This document shows positions 10,855-25,061 of a stretch of DNA of 64,000 nucleotides, one piece after another. Under the pieces are notes generated by a model. It ran no database searches. It was given only the letters and a program-made list of their open reading frames with translations, and was not told the origin of the DNA. Numbering within the stretch: the first letter of the stretch is position 1; every line of letters begins with the position of its first letter. This DNA comes from Rhynchobatus australiae (taxonomy: Eukaryota). Location of the stretch: assembly GCA_034780895.1 (NCBI GenBank), contig JAUZTB010000118.1, positions 48,651,396 to 48,715,395 of the forward strand. The letters are read 5' to 3'. A program made the position numbers and the translations under genes.

Positions 10855-13230
10855 CTGAATGGCCTTTATTTGAATGCATGTAGCATTTGTAATAACACAG
10901 ATGATTTGACAGTACAGATAACAACGACTATTATTTAATTGCTATTATGGATAAGTGGTTGCAGGGTGACGAGGACTGGATGCTCAATAATCCAGGTTAT
11001 AGGATGTTTCAAAAGAACATACTAAAAGGAAAAGGAAACAGGGTAGCATTGTTAATCAAAGAAGGAATCAGCAGTGTTGAATTGTGACATAGATGCAGTG
11101 AATGGATGGCATGGCAGAATCAGTTTGGGTTGAAATCATGAATAGCAAGGGAAAGAAGACATGAGCAGATGTAATCTTTAGGCCCCCAAAATGTGACTTC
11201 TTGGCACAGAAGATAAATGAGGAAATATCTAGGGCATGTTTGAAGGGAACTGCAATTGTCATGGGAGATTTTGAACTACATATTGATTAGACCAACCAAA
11301 CTGGCAAGAGTATCAAAGAAGAATTTGTGGAGTGCGTCAGGGACTACTTAGAACAGTTTGAAAGTAGAGTTGATTCAGGTGGACTGAGAAAATACGCTAA
11401 GAGGCAGGTTAGTAGATAAACAGTGGCAAACATTCAAACAGCTGGTCCATAACACTCAGCAGGAATTTATCCCAATTAGAAAGAGGGATTCCATGAGAAA
11501 GAGACAAAGACAAAGACAATGACAATCTGTGGTTAACAAAGGCCAAGGATGTTAAATTAAAAAGCAGGCATACAAAGTGGCAAGGATAGTGGTAGGCCAG
11601 AGGACTGCAAAAGTTTCAGGATTCAGCAGCAAAAAAACTAAAAAGCTCAAGGAAGAAAACTGAGAAAACTTTTACATATCAAAACAAATAGTAAGAGTAT
11701 CTATGGATATCTAAATAGGAAGAGGGTAGAGAATGAGGCTGATAAATTAATAACAAGAAACAAAGAAATAGCTGATATGTTAAATCATTTTTGTTTTGCA
11801 TCAGTCTTCACTTGGAGGGCACTGCAAATATCCCCAAGGTAACAGATAGGTTGTTTAAAAAAGGGAAGACCTTGTTATATAAAAAAATCACAATCACAAG
11901 AGATAAAGTATTGGGGAAACCCATGGAATAAAGGCAAACAAGTCACCAGGACCCAATAGCCTGCATCCACAGGTTTTTAAAAAGGGTAAATCTTAGAAAA
12001 TCTTTCTCAAATACTGAGGATTTGATAGGGAGAGTTGATGGAGGGGAACCTGTAGATGTAGTGTATTTGCATTTCCAAAAGGCATTTGACAAGGTACCAC
12101 ATAAGAGGCTATAGAGTATAAGTGAAGAGCCCAAGGTATTGGAGGAAGTGTGTTAGTATGGATTGAAAACTGGCTGTTACATAGAAAACAGAGTTGGAAT
12201 AAATAGGTCTTTTTCAGGCTGGAAGGATGCAACCAGTGGAGTATCCCAGGGGATAGGCTCTTAGCCCTCAAAAGTTTACTATTTACATCAATGGCCTGGA
12301 GGAGGGAATGAAATGCAAGGTTTCCAAGTTTGCAGATGATATGAAAATAGATGGTAAGGACATTGTGAGTCTGCAAAGAAATAGATAGGATAAATTGAAT
12401 GGTTCAGAGAAAAAGTGGCAAATGGAGTTTAATGTGAGGAAGTATGAGGTCATGCACTTTGGTAAGAGGAATCATAAAGGTGGGTCGTCTAAATGGAGAG
12501 AGAGTGCATATGAGTGACATTCAGAGGGTTCTAGCTCTAAGCCACAAAATCACAAAAAGCTAGCAGCAGGTCCAACAGGTGATTTAGAAGGTGAAAAAAA
12601 CACAAGCCATTATTGGGAAGGGGTTGTAGTTTAAGAATTGGGAGATTTTGTACAGTTGTACTGGGTGCCAATGAGGCCACACCTGAAATACCGCACACAG
12701 AAGTTTGCCTCCTTACCTCAAAAAGGATATCGTATCATTAGAGGCAGTCCAAAGGAGATATACAAGGTATATTCCTGGGATGAGAGGGTTGTCCTAGTAA
12801 GAGAGGTTAAACAACTTGGGTCTATATAGCTTGGAGTTTAAAAGAATGAGGGGTGACCTTATTCAAACATACGAGATTCTAAGGGGACTTGACTGGATAG
12901 ATGTTGAGATGTTCTCATTAATGGGAGTTAGGAACGAAGGGATGTAGCTACAAAATAAGGGTCATTTAAAATTGAAGTAGGTATAAATTTCTCCTCTCAG
13001 AGATAGTGAACCTTTGGATTTCTCTGCTCCCAAAGGTGGCAACAGCCAGATCATTTGTTTTTTTTAAACATCAAGATGGATAAATTATTTGAAAGATTGA
13101 GGAATTGAAGGTAATGGAGAACTGGCACAAGAGAAGGATTGAGGCCAACATAGATGAACAATGATATTAAATGTGGGGCAGGCTTAAGGAGGCCTACACC
13201 TGTCCCTATTTTGTCTTCTAATGTTCTTGT
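10855..13230 (+). mobile_element. Long decayed CR1 LINE (APE endonuclease, RT, 3' end)
   Basis: LYLNA-like endonuclease start at about 10860, MGDF at about 11260, VDVVYL.FQKAFDKVPH at about 12052-12102, aagtttgcagatgat (KFADD) at about 12327, RPHLKY in ORF 12638-12829. Many stops and frameshifts. Confidence 0.9.
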
Positions 13231-14286
13231 GCTGGAGGGGGTCACCAACCTCCAGACAATGTGGATTTATCATTGGCAAGAGCAGAGGAGATTTTTTTTC
13301 TAAGTCAGTTATGAGCCGGAATACTTCTTGAAAAGGCAGTTGAAACAGATTAAGGGAATTTTCAGAAAGAAACAGCATGGAAGGAGGCCATTCAGCCAGT
13401 CAATTTGATATACAATTGAAAAGATAAAATTAGCAATTATGAGGAAATAGGCGGTGAGTGGAACTAATTACACAGCTCTTTACATCTTGCATGTCCCAGT
13501 ACTTCTTTGGGTATGACACTGCCATAAATAAAAGAATAAACACCACGTTTGTGCTGATGCCTTTTCTACCCGCATTCTAAAACCTTGCCATGGTAAGACC
13601 TTAAACATCCTGCATTACTGATGTGTATTGTTGCTTACAGCAAAACCTGCCTGAATTGATCCATTTTTGGAAGGAATTTCGACAGATGATATGAAAGTAG
13701 CAAGTTATGTTTAAGTCATTGTAGAAAAGGTAGCCCAAGGCACTTCACTGAGATGCAAACTCCATAGTACAAACAGATCATCCTTGCACTTCTTCACGGT
13801 AAGTGAGAATTCACTCTGAAGTAGCAGCTCTAGTCACAACTGTAGTTCCCTACATTCACTTCCTTGTTAAACAAATCCCATTGTCCTTTTGTACATAAAC
13901 ACCAAACTATATTGAACAAAGATGGATGCCAATGGGCAAATGTGAATTTAATGTTAAGCTATTAGATGTTTTTGTCAGCTTGTTCATCGTGGCACCAGAA
14001 CACGTTACAAATATATGGTGGATTGTCTATGGCGACCTTTTCTTTAAAAGCCAACTCAGTTTGTCCAAATTATTTGCCATTGTAGCAAGAGTATTAATGA
14101 TGGCCCACCAGCCATCTGTCATCCCTCGAAAGGTTTCTTTCTTTTTCTGATAATGGTAGCTGATGCAAGAATGCCTTAAACTTTAGAGCATCCAACACAA
14201 CTGGGGAGAGATAAATAACATCTGCATTTTCCTTATAACATAAGCTTTGGTCAATTTCTTAGCTTGAAATAATCTAAAATACTTAC

Positions 14287-14780
14287 TTGTTATCCAGCTG
14301 AGCAACAAATATTTTGTTCTTTTCCACTGACACAGACTGCCACTCAGTACTGTTGTAATAAAGAACCATTTCTTCCATAAGAACCTCTAACTTGTACAGT
14401 TCCTGCCAAGGCTGGAAAACAAAGTGGCCTGGATGACAAGCTACTGAAATGAAGACATCCATGTGCTCTCCAGGCTGTGGCAAAACAAAAGGAGATGGAA
14501 GGGCATTGTGTATAATGTGTGGGGCAACCATTTTGATTGGTGCAATACCAAAGTCCTTCACCGGGCCTTTTGTTTCAAATTCTGATGCAATGTTTGCATC
14601 ACCTTTATTGCTTGGAAAGCCAGTAGAACTTCGTTCAACACCCAGGTAAACATCTTTCCGGTGCTTCCACAGATCTGCATTTGTTATTTTGTGATTGATA
14701 CTACGTTCAGGATTCGGGAAATTTTTTGAAGTAAACAAGTAAATGTGAACTAGTCCTTTGGCATCATCAACTTTCACAAT
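14287..14780 (-). CDS. TDRD7: TDRD7 coding exon, linker and lead-in to Tudor domain 3
   Basis: IVKVDDAKGLVHIYLFTSKNFPNPERSINHKITNADLWKH...GEHMDVFISVACHPGHFVFQPWQELYKLEVLMEEMVLYYN...LDN(K). Acceptor tatttcAG, donor GTAAGT. 494 nt, phase 0 in, phase 2 out. Confidence 0.97.
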
Positions 14781-14872
14781 CTGAAATAGGACAAAATTCA
14801 AATAAATACAACTGTACCTTTAAGATTTCAAATCAGAGGTTTCAAATGAAAAGACAACACATTGACACTTAC

Positions 14873-14983
14873 CTTAATGCTGCAGTCAGTGCAATTTAAC
14901 ACAGTATCTCTAAGCCACAATACTGCATCAGGTGTCCACATGCCAATGTTAAACGTGAGGTCTGCCAAGCAGCACTTAATAGC
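14873..14983 (-). CDS. TDRD7: TDRD7 coding exon (coding frame not in the ORF track)
   Basis: Manual translation [37 protein letters not shown]. Acceptor ttattttAG, donor GTAAGT. 111 nt, followed by a 92-nt intron. Confidence 0.97.
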
Positions 14984-15549
14984 CTAAAATAAAACAACTG
15001 ATAGTTAAATTCTAAAATATAAACTATCCTTTGTACTGAGACAGTTTGTGGAAAGACATTAATATATAGAGATAGATTTTTCACTGTACTTTAATGTGAC
15101 AATAATAAACCAATTTACTAATTTACATTAATTAACTTTGAGCATCAATATAGTATTGGCAAATGAAATTCAATGTAGGGAAGTGTGAATTATAGGATTT
15201 TGCCAGTAAGAATAAGGTGGCCACAAACAACTTATTTTACAAATGCATAACTGAGTTACAGAAACAGAGGGATTTGAGACTACAGATATACAAAACTTTA
15301 AAAGTAGTGACACAGATAAATGACTTGACAAGAGATGCAAACAAAACTTCTGGTTCAGTACCACACACAGGCAGACCTGCAAGGCAAATAAAAAGTTACT
15401 TAAACTTAACTAACTTGGTTATACAACTTTGGAGTAACACATGCAATTCTGCTCTCTATATTATGGAGCACTTTTAGGTTCAAAACATGATATACTAAAA
15501 TGACATCAGAACTGAAAAGTTATACTGCCGGGAAAAATGTAATACTGTA

Positions 15550-15870
15550 GGGTCTTATCAAAAGTTTGGATATCGGGGTAAAATGATTCCACTTGGCGTG
15601 GAACCAGATCTGGAGGCTATATATGTATATAACAATCATTAAAGAATTTTCTTCTAAAGTCCCTTGCCAGAGTGGTTAGAATGTAGAACTACCTGCCACA
15701 AAGAATGGTTGAAACAAACAGCTTTGATGCATTTAAGAATATACTTAGAAATATAACAATGAAGAGAAAACTATGTTGGGAGATAAATGAAGGGTAGGAG
15801 GCAGCTCAAAATAAATATTAATACAAGGAACAATTTACTGGACTAAGTGTCCTGCTGTTCTGTAAATACA
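15550..15870 (+). mobile_element. Decayed CR1 3' region
   Basis: cagagtggttagaatgtagaactacctgccacaaagaatggttgaaacaaacagctttgatgcatttaag. Confidence 0.6.
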
Positions 15871-15905
15871 CTGTAATATAGCAAAATATTTCAGAAAATC
15901 ATTAC

Positions 15906-16040
15906 CTGAGGTGGTATGGAAACAGAGTCCTGCAGAAGTGGAGATGGAATTTCCCTTAGCTCCGATACAGCAACAGATGCAACTATTCCCGTGTCCAAAA
16001 ATATAATATCCACAACTCGTGTACCATGTACATTGGTAAT
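15906..16040 (-). CDS. TDRD7: TDRD7 coding exon, Tudor domain 2 C-part (not in the ORF track)
   Basis: Manual translation ITNVHGTRVVDIIFLDTGIVASVAVSELREIPSPLLQDSVSIPPQ. Acceptor atttcaAG, donor GTAATG. 135 nt, phase 0/0. Confidence 0.95.
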
Positions 16041-17034
16041 CTTGAAATACATGGTGCTTAAGTTATTATAAATATCAGCATACAGAAAAGTTATGCAAAA
16101 TGCTATGAACTGAGAAAAATCTTATTTGCAGTATCCATACAACTAATCAACATTAATGAAATACATTATTAGTTTAAAAGTTGCTTCATTTTGGATATTT
16201 TGAACTGCACTATTTGACCAAGAGCTCTTTGAAATGCCAAGATGAAAGCAGCACAGTTAAGTACTTGTTTCAACTTTGAATTTCCTATCCTGACTGTTAC
16301 TGGGGTCTGAATGAACAGGAACAAGCAAATTTCCAGTACAGGAACACAGCAAAAGGAGTAGACCCTTATTCCCTTTAGTTTATTCTGCTGTCAAATTACT
16401 ATTTCTCTTGTGCAAATTTTGATAGTGTGAGAAAGCAATTCTACTTGGATCACCTCCCACTCCATCAGGATTACTGGCTTTCTACTTTTCCTTCTTTGAC
16501 AATGGAGAAATGCTTGGGTTCTCCAAATTGGTAAATTACTATTGAGGACCAGAAATAAGGAATTTGAAATAAAATGAATTACTCTCAATCAAAAAGTCTT
16601 TGGTATAAGTTTGTAAGATTAAATTAAATCTAGCATTTTTCCCTCACCACGAGGCTAGTACAACCATTCAGCATCAGTTGCTGGGCATTACATTTATGTG
16701 GATCAAACAGACCCATATAAAGGGACACAATGCATTAAAATATTAATGAAACCCAAGACAGGGCAAAACTGGAGAAAATGGGGTCTTCAGCTTTTAAATA
16801 AGGCAAAAAAAATCATTTTTGTTACAACAGAGGGGGCTGCAAAGTGATACAATAGGGGCATTTTTAATTATGATAGGATAGGAGATGGTGGAAATAGTAA
16901 TTGGATTTAAAAAAGAATCTTTGGAATACATTTTTTTTAAGACAAGGTTAGCAATTAAATCTATAGTTCATAATAGATTAAGAGGTGGATGATAGAAAGT
17001 GGGAAAGGGATGTAGTAAGAAACACATTCGAATG

Positions 17035-17375
17035 AGTCAGTCATACAGCACAAAAATGGGCCCTTCAGCCCACCGAGTCTAGACTGACCATCAACTCTAC
17101 ATTTATCCCCATTTTTATTCTCCCAACATTCTTATCAACTGCCCCCAGTTTCTGCCACTTACTTCCACACGAGGGACAATTTACCATTGCCTATTAACCT
17201 AGCAATCTGCATGTCATTGGGATATGGGAAGAAAATGGAGCACCTGGAGGAAACCTACATGGTTACAGGGAGAATAGGCAAACTTTGCACAGAGAACATC
17301 CAAGGTGAAGATTGAACCCGCATCTCTGGCACTGTGGGGTAGTGGCTCTTATAGCTGTGCCATTGTGCTACCCTA
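17035..17375 (-). mobile_element. V-SINE with CR1-like tail
   Basis: gggaagaaaatggagcacctggaggaaacctacatggttacagggagaataggcaaactttgcac...gattgaaccc (V domain + B box), tail gggcccttcagccc. Confidence 0.8.
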
Positions 17376-18443
17376 TTGCTGCTTGAAGACAAGGGCTAAA
17401 CTGGTTGAGTTTTGGTAAAGATAAGGACTGGTTGGGCTAAACAGCTCATTTCTGTGTTGTAATTCTTTTTTAACTGTACCTAATGCAATCGGCAAACTCA
17501 GAATACTTAAATAGTGAGGTGGAGCAAAGTTGAAGCTAGCATATTATAAGTTATCAACAGGAGTCACAACACAAAATAGATTTCAGGTCTGCAATTAAGG
17601 CAGGGATCCTGGAATCAATTGAAAAACAGCTGGATGCTGCATTGGAGAGATTATAGGGCATTTTTGGAAATGAATGAGCCAGATGGTTTTCCTCATTCAT
17701 AAGAGCCTTGTATTTTATCTGAAACTTAAATGGAAAGGAAACCATGTGAAAGACACCTTGCGCTTTCTCTGCCATTGATGATTTAATTGATTACATTCAG
17801 GAATTTTATTTTCTACTCATGCTGGAGTTAATTCCAGTTCTGTAGTAATTAACCCAATTAACACAATACATATCGTTAAGGTCAATGTTTCAACAATACA
17901 TTTTAATTTTTTAAACTTACACAGCAGCAAATGTTACCAATTTTACACCAAATAGTACATAAAAAATTACTTCTACTTTATCAAAGAAGGTCTATGATCA
18001 ACATAATGAAAATATGTTTATTAACAGGACAGTATAAATATAAGTTACTTTGATGCAGTCCAACTGGCATTCAGATCACAATTGGATTGCTGTGTGTAAT
18101 TTTAGTCTCTATATATGGTGAGTGGTATGGAAGCCTTGGAAAAATCCAGATTTATAAAAATGATTCCTAGTTTATTGAGCCTCAGCAAATCAGATGAATC
18201 ATATTTCCTTAGCCTATTTATGTTAGAGCAATATAGACATAGAAACAAAGAAAACCATTGAAGGACTGGATAACGTTCCTAAAGATTATTACAGTTTAAC
18301 AGATAGGAACCTCAGGAATGTGNNNNNNNNNNNNNNNNNNNNNNNNNNNNNNNNNNNNNNNNNNNNNNNNNNNNNNNNNNNNNNNNNNNNNNNNNNNNNN
18401 NNNNNNNNNNNNNNNNNNNNNNNNNNNNNNNNNNNNNNNNNNN

Positions 18444-18540
18444 TAGGCAAGGGAGTGCCATCATAATTTCGTTGTGTTGTTATCCTGCAACAGTACAATG
18501 ACAAATAAAGAAATCTTGAATCTTGAAATCTTGAATCTTG
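18444..18540 (+). mobile_element. Non-LTR element 3' tail with (aatcttg)n repeat
   Basis: gtacaatgacaaataaagaaatcttgaatcttgaaatcttgaatcttg right after a gap. Confidence 0.5.
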
Positions 18541-19147
18541 GTCAAAGTGATGGAGAAAAGGCATGTATAGCCATTATGGAGAAATTGTGGTGAGGACAGG
18601 CATCATGGATCAGTTCACTTCTTGCTTGTCTGTCATTTTCATATGCTCTGATACATTTGCAGTATTGGCATCACCTTTTCTCACAAATCCCACAAATCTC
18701 AAACTACAAATTGTTTAAATAACTGAGGACAATTAAATTACATCATGTGCAATAAAGTGGCCCAGGTCTAATTAGACAATGTTGACACAGTCAGCACAGT
18801 CATGAGAGTATTATGTCATCTCATTCTTGAGTTCTGGGGTATAAAAGAGGAAGAGGGTGGTAACCAGAATAAAGAGCTTCCACTATGTCCTTGCTGGGAG
18901 TATGCTGATGTACAGCTTAAAAATCATCTGTAGTAGCTATAAGTAGCCTGTTAACATTTGATTGCTCAAATGATAACACAAAGTAATGGACACAATCAGC
19001 ATTTGGGAGCTGTAACCCAGAATAATACATAATATTAGGAGGAAAAGGATAATTTTTGAAAACGGCACTAAATTTTGTTATTTGCTAGAGAAAAAATATT
19101 GGAGAAAAATCAATGATTTAGCTACATGTTTATTGACAAAAACTTAC

Positions 19148-19234
19148 CTCTACTCGTGCCCACTTTCCTCGCCATCGTGCTAAACAGCGCTTACCACAAA
19201 AAGGTAACGAGACAAAATATTCTGATGTGAGTTG
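19148..19234 (-). CDS. TDRD7: TDRD7 coding exon, Tudor domain 2 N-part (not in the ORF track)
   Basis: Manual translation [29 protein letters not shown]. Acceptor ttacAG, donor GTAAGT. 87 nt, phase 0/0. Confidence 0.95.
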
Positions 19235-22200
19235 CTGTAATTAAACAATGTCAATAACAAAAAGTGAATTTATGATCTTGGAAAAGTATTTAAACATAAC
19301 CCATTTTCATGCTACATGCAGTGCAACTTATCCAATGAAATATACCTATTAACTCATATGTGCAGTCCCTACTATTTAGAATTTATGCAGATCAAACATT
19401 GACATTATTAAAACTACAAAATGGAAAAAATAATCTTTGAAAGCCATGCCCTTGGATACAAATGGCACCCTTAGCACAATCTGTGCATTTGCTGTAATTT
19501 CCTTCTCTAAAAATGATTCCATACATTGAGCAGTTTGGGAATTTGAATTCCTCCACTTGAGGCCTGGTAGGGTTAGTAGATGATATACCAAAGGTGAAAT
19601 AAAAATGCAAATTAAAGGTGAGTAGATTAGCTCCACTTGGACAATTTAGTTGGGTTATTACCATTCCATTTATCAAAACATATACCAGAACAAGGTGCAC
19701 GCTACTTACTATACAAATGGTCGTGCCCAAAATAATCTATTTAAGAAAGTGTCTAAGTGTCAACTTAGCAATTGACAACAACGACGATGGAAATTGATGT
19801 TATTTGTCACTTAAACTACCCCGGCCAAAATCAGACAAGGACTATACAATAGATACAAGCCATCCAACATTTGATTGCTTTGTCCAACTTGAATAAAATC
19901 ATTCTGAAACAGCTACTGTAGTTGGAAATATATTGATTGATAAATGAATATTCAGAAAATATTGGATGCTACAGCATAGCAACATTTATAGGAAAATGAA
20001 GGCAAACAATTTCTGAAATGAATCTTCAGTGTATGTTTGGAAGAGGACATGAAAGAGACTTGCCCTACCTATTCTTTGAAATAGGAAAGAACTAAACATC
20101 AGTCCTGCGTAATCAACATCCCCATGTGAAATAACAAGAAATAGTAAGAAACTTCTAGCTCCATTAGGAAATTGGATCAAAATAATTTACCACGGTTGGA
20201 GGACGGGGTAAAAGTTTGTATACAAATCCAGGTATAGGTGAATGCTGGTAGAAATTGGTGGAATTTTCAAAGGAAATTTTGAAAGAAAACTGGTAACTAA
20301 TTGGATCAGCTTAATCATTAAGTAAACAACTGTGCTTATTCTGTTATGTAGACCAGATGGTCTTGGCTTGATCCTGCTGTTCTCTGCGGAGTTATCTGCC
20401 AAATGGGAAAGCAGAGAGGTGTTACTCTTACCATCATTCCTCAAGAGGATGGGGAAAAGATGGAAGCATAGGTCAGAATTTAATCAATGTTTTCTGTACT
20501 TTGCTAATGTTTGGTATATCACATTGACTTCCCTCAAAGTACTGTAATCCTTGTGTTAAGCACTTTGACTTCTCAACAGGATGACAGAATGCCAGATAAC
20601 AGGTCTGATCAATTAGATGCATGACATTTCACATCAATGTTACCAAAAAACAAACTGGTTCAATGACATCCAACCCCTTCCCTCAAGAGGGAACTGGGAA
20701 AAGACAGGGGAAGGTGCACCGTTAGAGGATGCATTTCGATTGGTTTCAGTCTAAAATTAACAAAAACTATTTCTCTTTCCACATTTGCCAAGTTTTTCCA
20801 GCACGTTTTTTCAAAAATAAAAAATGTTTACATTTCAAAATCTTGTTCAATTAGGTTCTGAACATCCATCCCTAGAACTCAGCCCTTGTAAATACTGTGT
20901 ATATTCACAGAGCAAGATGTCTTGAGGCCAAAAAATGTGCACTGGTATTAGAATCGTACATTTTTAAAATATATTAGCATGTCAAGGTGCTTTATACAAA
21001 TTGGAAATATTTACTTTCTTAAAATTGGTTTCTGCATCTGGAGAATGTACCATGTAGGAGCAGACTTTGTATTCACGTGACCAACATGATACCTGGCATG
21101 AATTGTTAATCGCTAGCTTTCTTTTGAGCATTCAACTGATATTGGGACATTTCTCTCCATCTCATTCTCTCTAATGCTTAACGAAAAGTTGGAGAAATTA
21201 AAAACAATATAGTGGCATGGATGTTAGACACTAAACGTGAAAATGCTAATTGGACACAATGGAAACTCAAAATTTAAATATTGCTAATACACAATAAGTA
21301 TGGGATACATTTTATATCTATGAGCAAGCTGACCTGATAATGCTCAAGCAAGGATGAAGGGCCCTTATCGTAGCATGGTCTGACTGAATCAATGTGTTTC
21401 AAACACTGCACAAAAATATAAATACTATTTTACTTTTTCCTGTCAATAAAGCAAATCTATTACTAATATACTATGTATTTCTACTAAGAGGGCAATATCC
21501 CCACCAAAAGTACCAAAGATGAAACACCCCTGGGACAAATAGAATGAGTGATGGCTGCCCTCCACTGACAAGTAGAGGAAAAATAAACTCAAAATAACTG
21601 AATATCAAAGACACCTTGAGAGAACACAACACTGTCCAACCTATGGTGAGCAAAAACAACTTCATTATTGAACAGTAAATACACCTCTGAATAAAGCTGA
21701 GAACAAACCATTTCAAGTTAAAATTAACATGTGACACAGCCACAGAGCAGCCAAGTCTGCTTCATGTTCTTACCTGTGAACAACATGCGATCTAAATGTA
21801 CAAGTCACACAATAAGTGTCTTCAAGCTTCTGTAAAATCTTTAAAACGCTATTCACTCAAAAATTAACTACAAAACCAAATAAGTCCTTATAACAAAAGG
21901 TCAACTATTTTTAAGTCACCACATCAAACTGAATCAAAACAACATATGGATAGTCTATCCTCTTCCCCCCCTCAATTTCACATAACTGACCTGATATCAA
22001 TGCAATCACACACTACTAGTATGGCACAAGCTGTGCTCTCTTGCTTTAATTAAATTTCAGGAGTGTGCATGGGTAAGGTTGGGGTGGGGATTATGTACTC
22101 AAGTGGGTGGATGTTGAAATGTTGGCATTCACTGTACTCTTGGGCATAATGTTCCTTCTCTCTTTCCATGTCTAGTGTGGTATCTTACCCCGTCATTCTC

Positions 22201-22764
22201 CATATAGAGCTACAGGGGCCAGAGTCTGGATATCAAAAATTCAATCCAGTACAGAGATCACTTAAACCCCAGATCTTAGATAACTTTTAAGTCATCTCAA
22301 CTTAAGTTATGCTTTGTCATTTACCCAACTTCCCCAACACTCAATCTCCATCCAATCACATTTATCCATGCAAGATAGTACATATTAATTATAATCTTAT
22401 TGCAAAACTCATTTTAAAAAGTGTTGGAAATTGAGTACAGCAATAAAGCAACAAGTCCAAAAGGAATGAAACACAAAACTATGGAGCGGAAAATGAAGGC
22501 ATAACAGAAGAGGTCAACAAATTGAAACAGAACAGGATAGAGATGACAAGATTGGGAATCAAAAGGATGAGCAGAAGCAGAAAATTTTAGAACAAAATGT
22601 AACTGATTAACTAACATTTCAAGCATTCCTTTAAAAAAGTTAATAATGATATCTAGCATTCATGTTAGATATTTGAATTAAACCCATAGCACTAACAAAG
22701 CAATCTTTAAATTCACATGTTCATAAAATATTCATATACTTAGGCGTTTAAAAGTGAAACATAC

Positions 22765-22899
22765 CCGATAGTTAAAATATTGTTCAACTTTATCAAGTAA
22801 GGCATTGAGCTGGGTCCACCCCTTTGAGGGTACTTGACAGTAGATGGTCCCATCTGAACAGACGTTGGTAACTACCACATTGAGGTACACACCATTTTC
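22765..22899 (-). CDS. TDRD7: TDRD7 coding exon
   Basis: ENGVYLNVVVTNVCSDGTIYCQVPSKGWTQLNALLDKVEQYFNYR. Acceptor ttgcAG, donor GTATGT. 135 nt, phase 0/0. Confidence 0.96.
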
Positions 22900-23652
22900 C
22901 TGCAACAACAGAAATTTGGAACACAAATTAATGTTTTTGAATTAATTTGCATTCATCAAAATGTTTTGCAGTACTCATCGTCTTCGTTTCATTACAGTTA
23001 CTCATACCTTTAATTTTTATTAAACAATGTGCCCTTGCATTTTGTTTCATTCCCAAACATTCAAAAGTTAATAACTCAAAAACTATACAACACATGAATG
23101 TTTGCAGCACCAGCAGTACTCAATGCATTAAACACAAGAGGGAGACAGTGATGGGTGTAGAGGCAGGTTCAAGCCCAGATGTGGATGTAGTAATCAATCC
23201 AAAACAAATTCACACATGGTCTCATTTTGAATTGTGAAAGAGAAAAGGGGCAGAACAAAAACATGGGAGAGCTGGCTAGTAGCCTGGGTCATGAGCAAAG
23301 GGAGGATTGGGGGAAAGAAATAGGGTTGAAAGAAGGAAGATGAGGTTGAATGGGGTGGGGCGAGGAAATTACAGAATGACACGAAATAAGAGGAAAGCAA
23401 GATACCAAGTTTGATTCCATTCTTAAGTTGAATGATATATTTAAACACCCTGAAATAAAACTATGCACATCTGGAGAAAGGTTATTATTAAAGTAACTGA
23501 AGGTGGAGTGCAAGGTCTGAGAAAGACAAAGATTGCCTTTTTGAACAATAACTATATGAAAATAGTAGAAAATAACTATATGAACAGTCCATCTTTTGGT
23601 GACACTGTTTCAAAGATTGATCTGCCAATATAAGAAAATTCAAAAAATTTAC

Positions 23653-23855
23653 CTTCAAATTCAGTTCAAGTGTCTTGTCATACAAAGCCTTCAGACATGC
23701 AGTATTGATATTAAAATCATCATCTCCTGAAGTGTCATACAAAAGAACAAGTGGGACCTCACTCCTTTCTAAGATTTCCATCAGCAATATCTTTCCACTG
23801 GCCAGGAGTTCAAAGGATTCCAACACACGTGGCTCTTTGCAGAATGCGTCAAGAC
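23653..23855 (-). CDS. TDRD7: TDRD7 coding exon
   Basis: (G)LDAFCKEPRVLESFELLASGKILLMEILERSEVPLVLLYDTSGDDDFNINTACLKALYDKTLELNLK. Acceptor tgttttAG, donor GTAAAT. 203 nt, phase 1 in, phase 0 out. Confidence 0.96.
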
Positions 23856-24079
23856 CTAAAACACAAATAACACCATTTTATCTAATCAGTTGTATCCACA
23901 AACACATCTTCACTAAAAATTAACTGCATTTTCATAAGCATAAAAAAATTATGCTCCAATTCTTCATTTAAGAATTACATTTGAACTCTCCATTTCCCAT
24001 CTGCAAGCCTTCATACACAAAAGGGTTGAAACTGTTCAATTTACACATGTAGTAGAGAGACAGACGAGAAAAAAACATT

Positions 24080-24662
24080 CTAGGGGCATTTCCAAAGTAG
24101 TGTACTACAATTCGTGTTTACAATGTGGCCTCTACATTAAGAGACACGGCCTGGGTAACTGTGTTGCAGAGCACCTTGTACTCAATCTGCAGGAGTGATC
24201 CCAAGTTTCAGGTTGTCTGCAACTTTCATTCATCATCCCACTCTGACCCGTCTGTCCTCCTGTGCTATTACCAGAGGTGCAACGGAAAGCTCAAGGAACA
24301 ATTGTTTCTCTTGGCACTTGGCGGCCTGCGGGAAATCAAATTGTCCAACATTGAATAACTCAATCTCCCTAAATGTAACAGGACTGGCCATTTGTGCCTG
24401 CTGGGCATGTCCCAGTAGACCAGACTGTACATACAATACAGATATTACATCAGCAACACATTATACAAAGAGCTTAACTGCCACATTATTTCACCCCAGA
24501 GAAATTCCTTTTGTACCACCCAATGCCCTGTCCCACTTTCTCTGCTCCCTGCACCAAGTTGTTTCTCTCTCACTTAGTTCTGATAAAGGGTCTCAGACTG
24601 AACCTCATTCCACAGATGTTGCCTGACCTGCTGAGTTTTTCCAACATTGTCTGTTTTTATTT
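24080..24662 (+). mobile_element. Penelope-like element (decayed GIY-YIG endonuclease C-terminus + terminal repeat)
   Basis: gtgtactacaattcgtgtttacaatgtggcctctacatt (VY.I.C..CGLLYI-like). ORF 24125-24358 LYSICRSDPKFQVVCNFHSSSHSD...KLKEQLFL. Terminal cacagatgttgcctgacctgctgagtttttccaacatt. Confidence 0.75.
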
Positions 24663-25061
24663 TTTAAAGAAAAAAAACATGCTTCTTTCAAGTAAATATT
24701 TTCAAAGTTAGTGCCAAGATAACAACGTGAACAAATCATTGTCAAATTCCTCTTCAGGATATTGCTGATTAACTAATCACAAACAGGCTGTTTCATATGG
24801 CAGCAGTTGATTTTAGGTTTGAAATTGTATAATGCTACAATATCCTGTACAGATTATTTGATAAAGTGCTAGTTTTTTTTAGGTCGAATAGTGACAACAC
24901 AAAGGTGTAAGAGTTGTTAATTTAAAACCTGTGTGACCCACTGATTTAAAATTTTGTCTGGGAAGGTACTGAGTAATTGCATACTTGTTTAAACATCCTT
25001 AGATATTTTAAGAGTTGGTTACAACAAATCCTTGTACAACCTTGAACTTTAAAATTAACAT

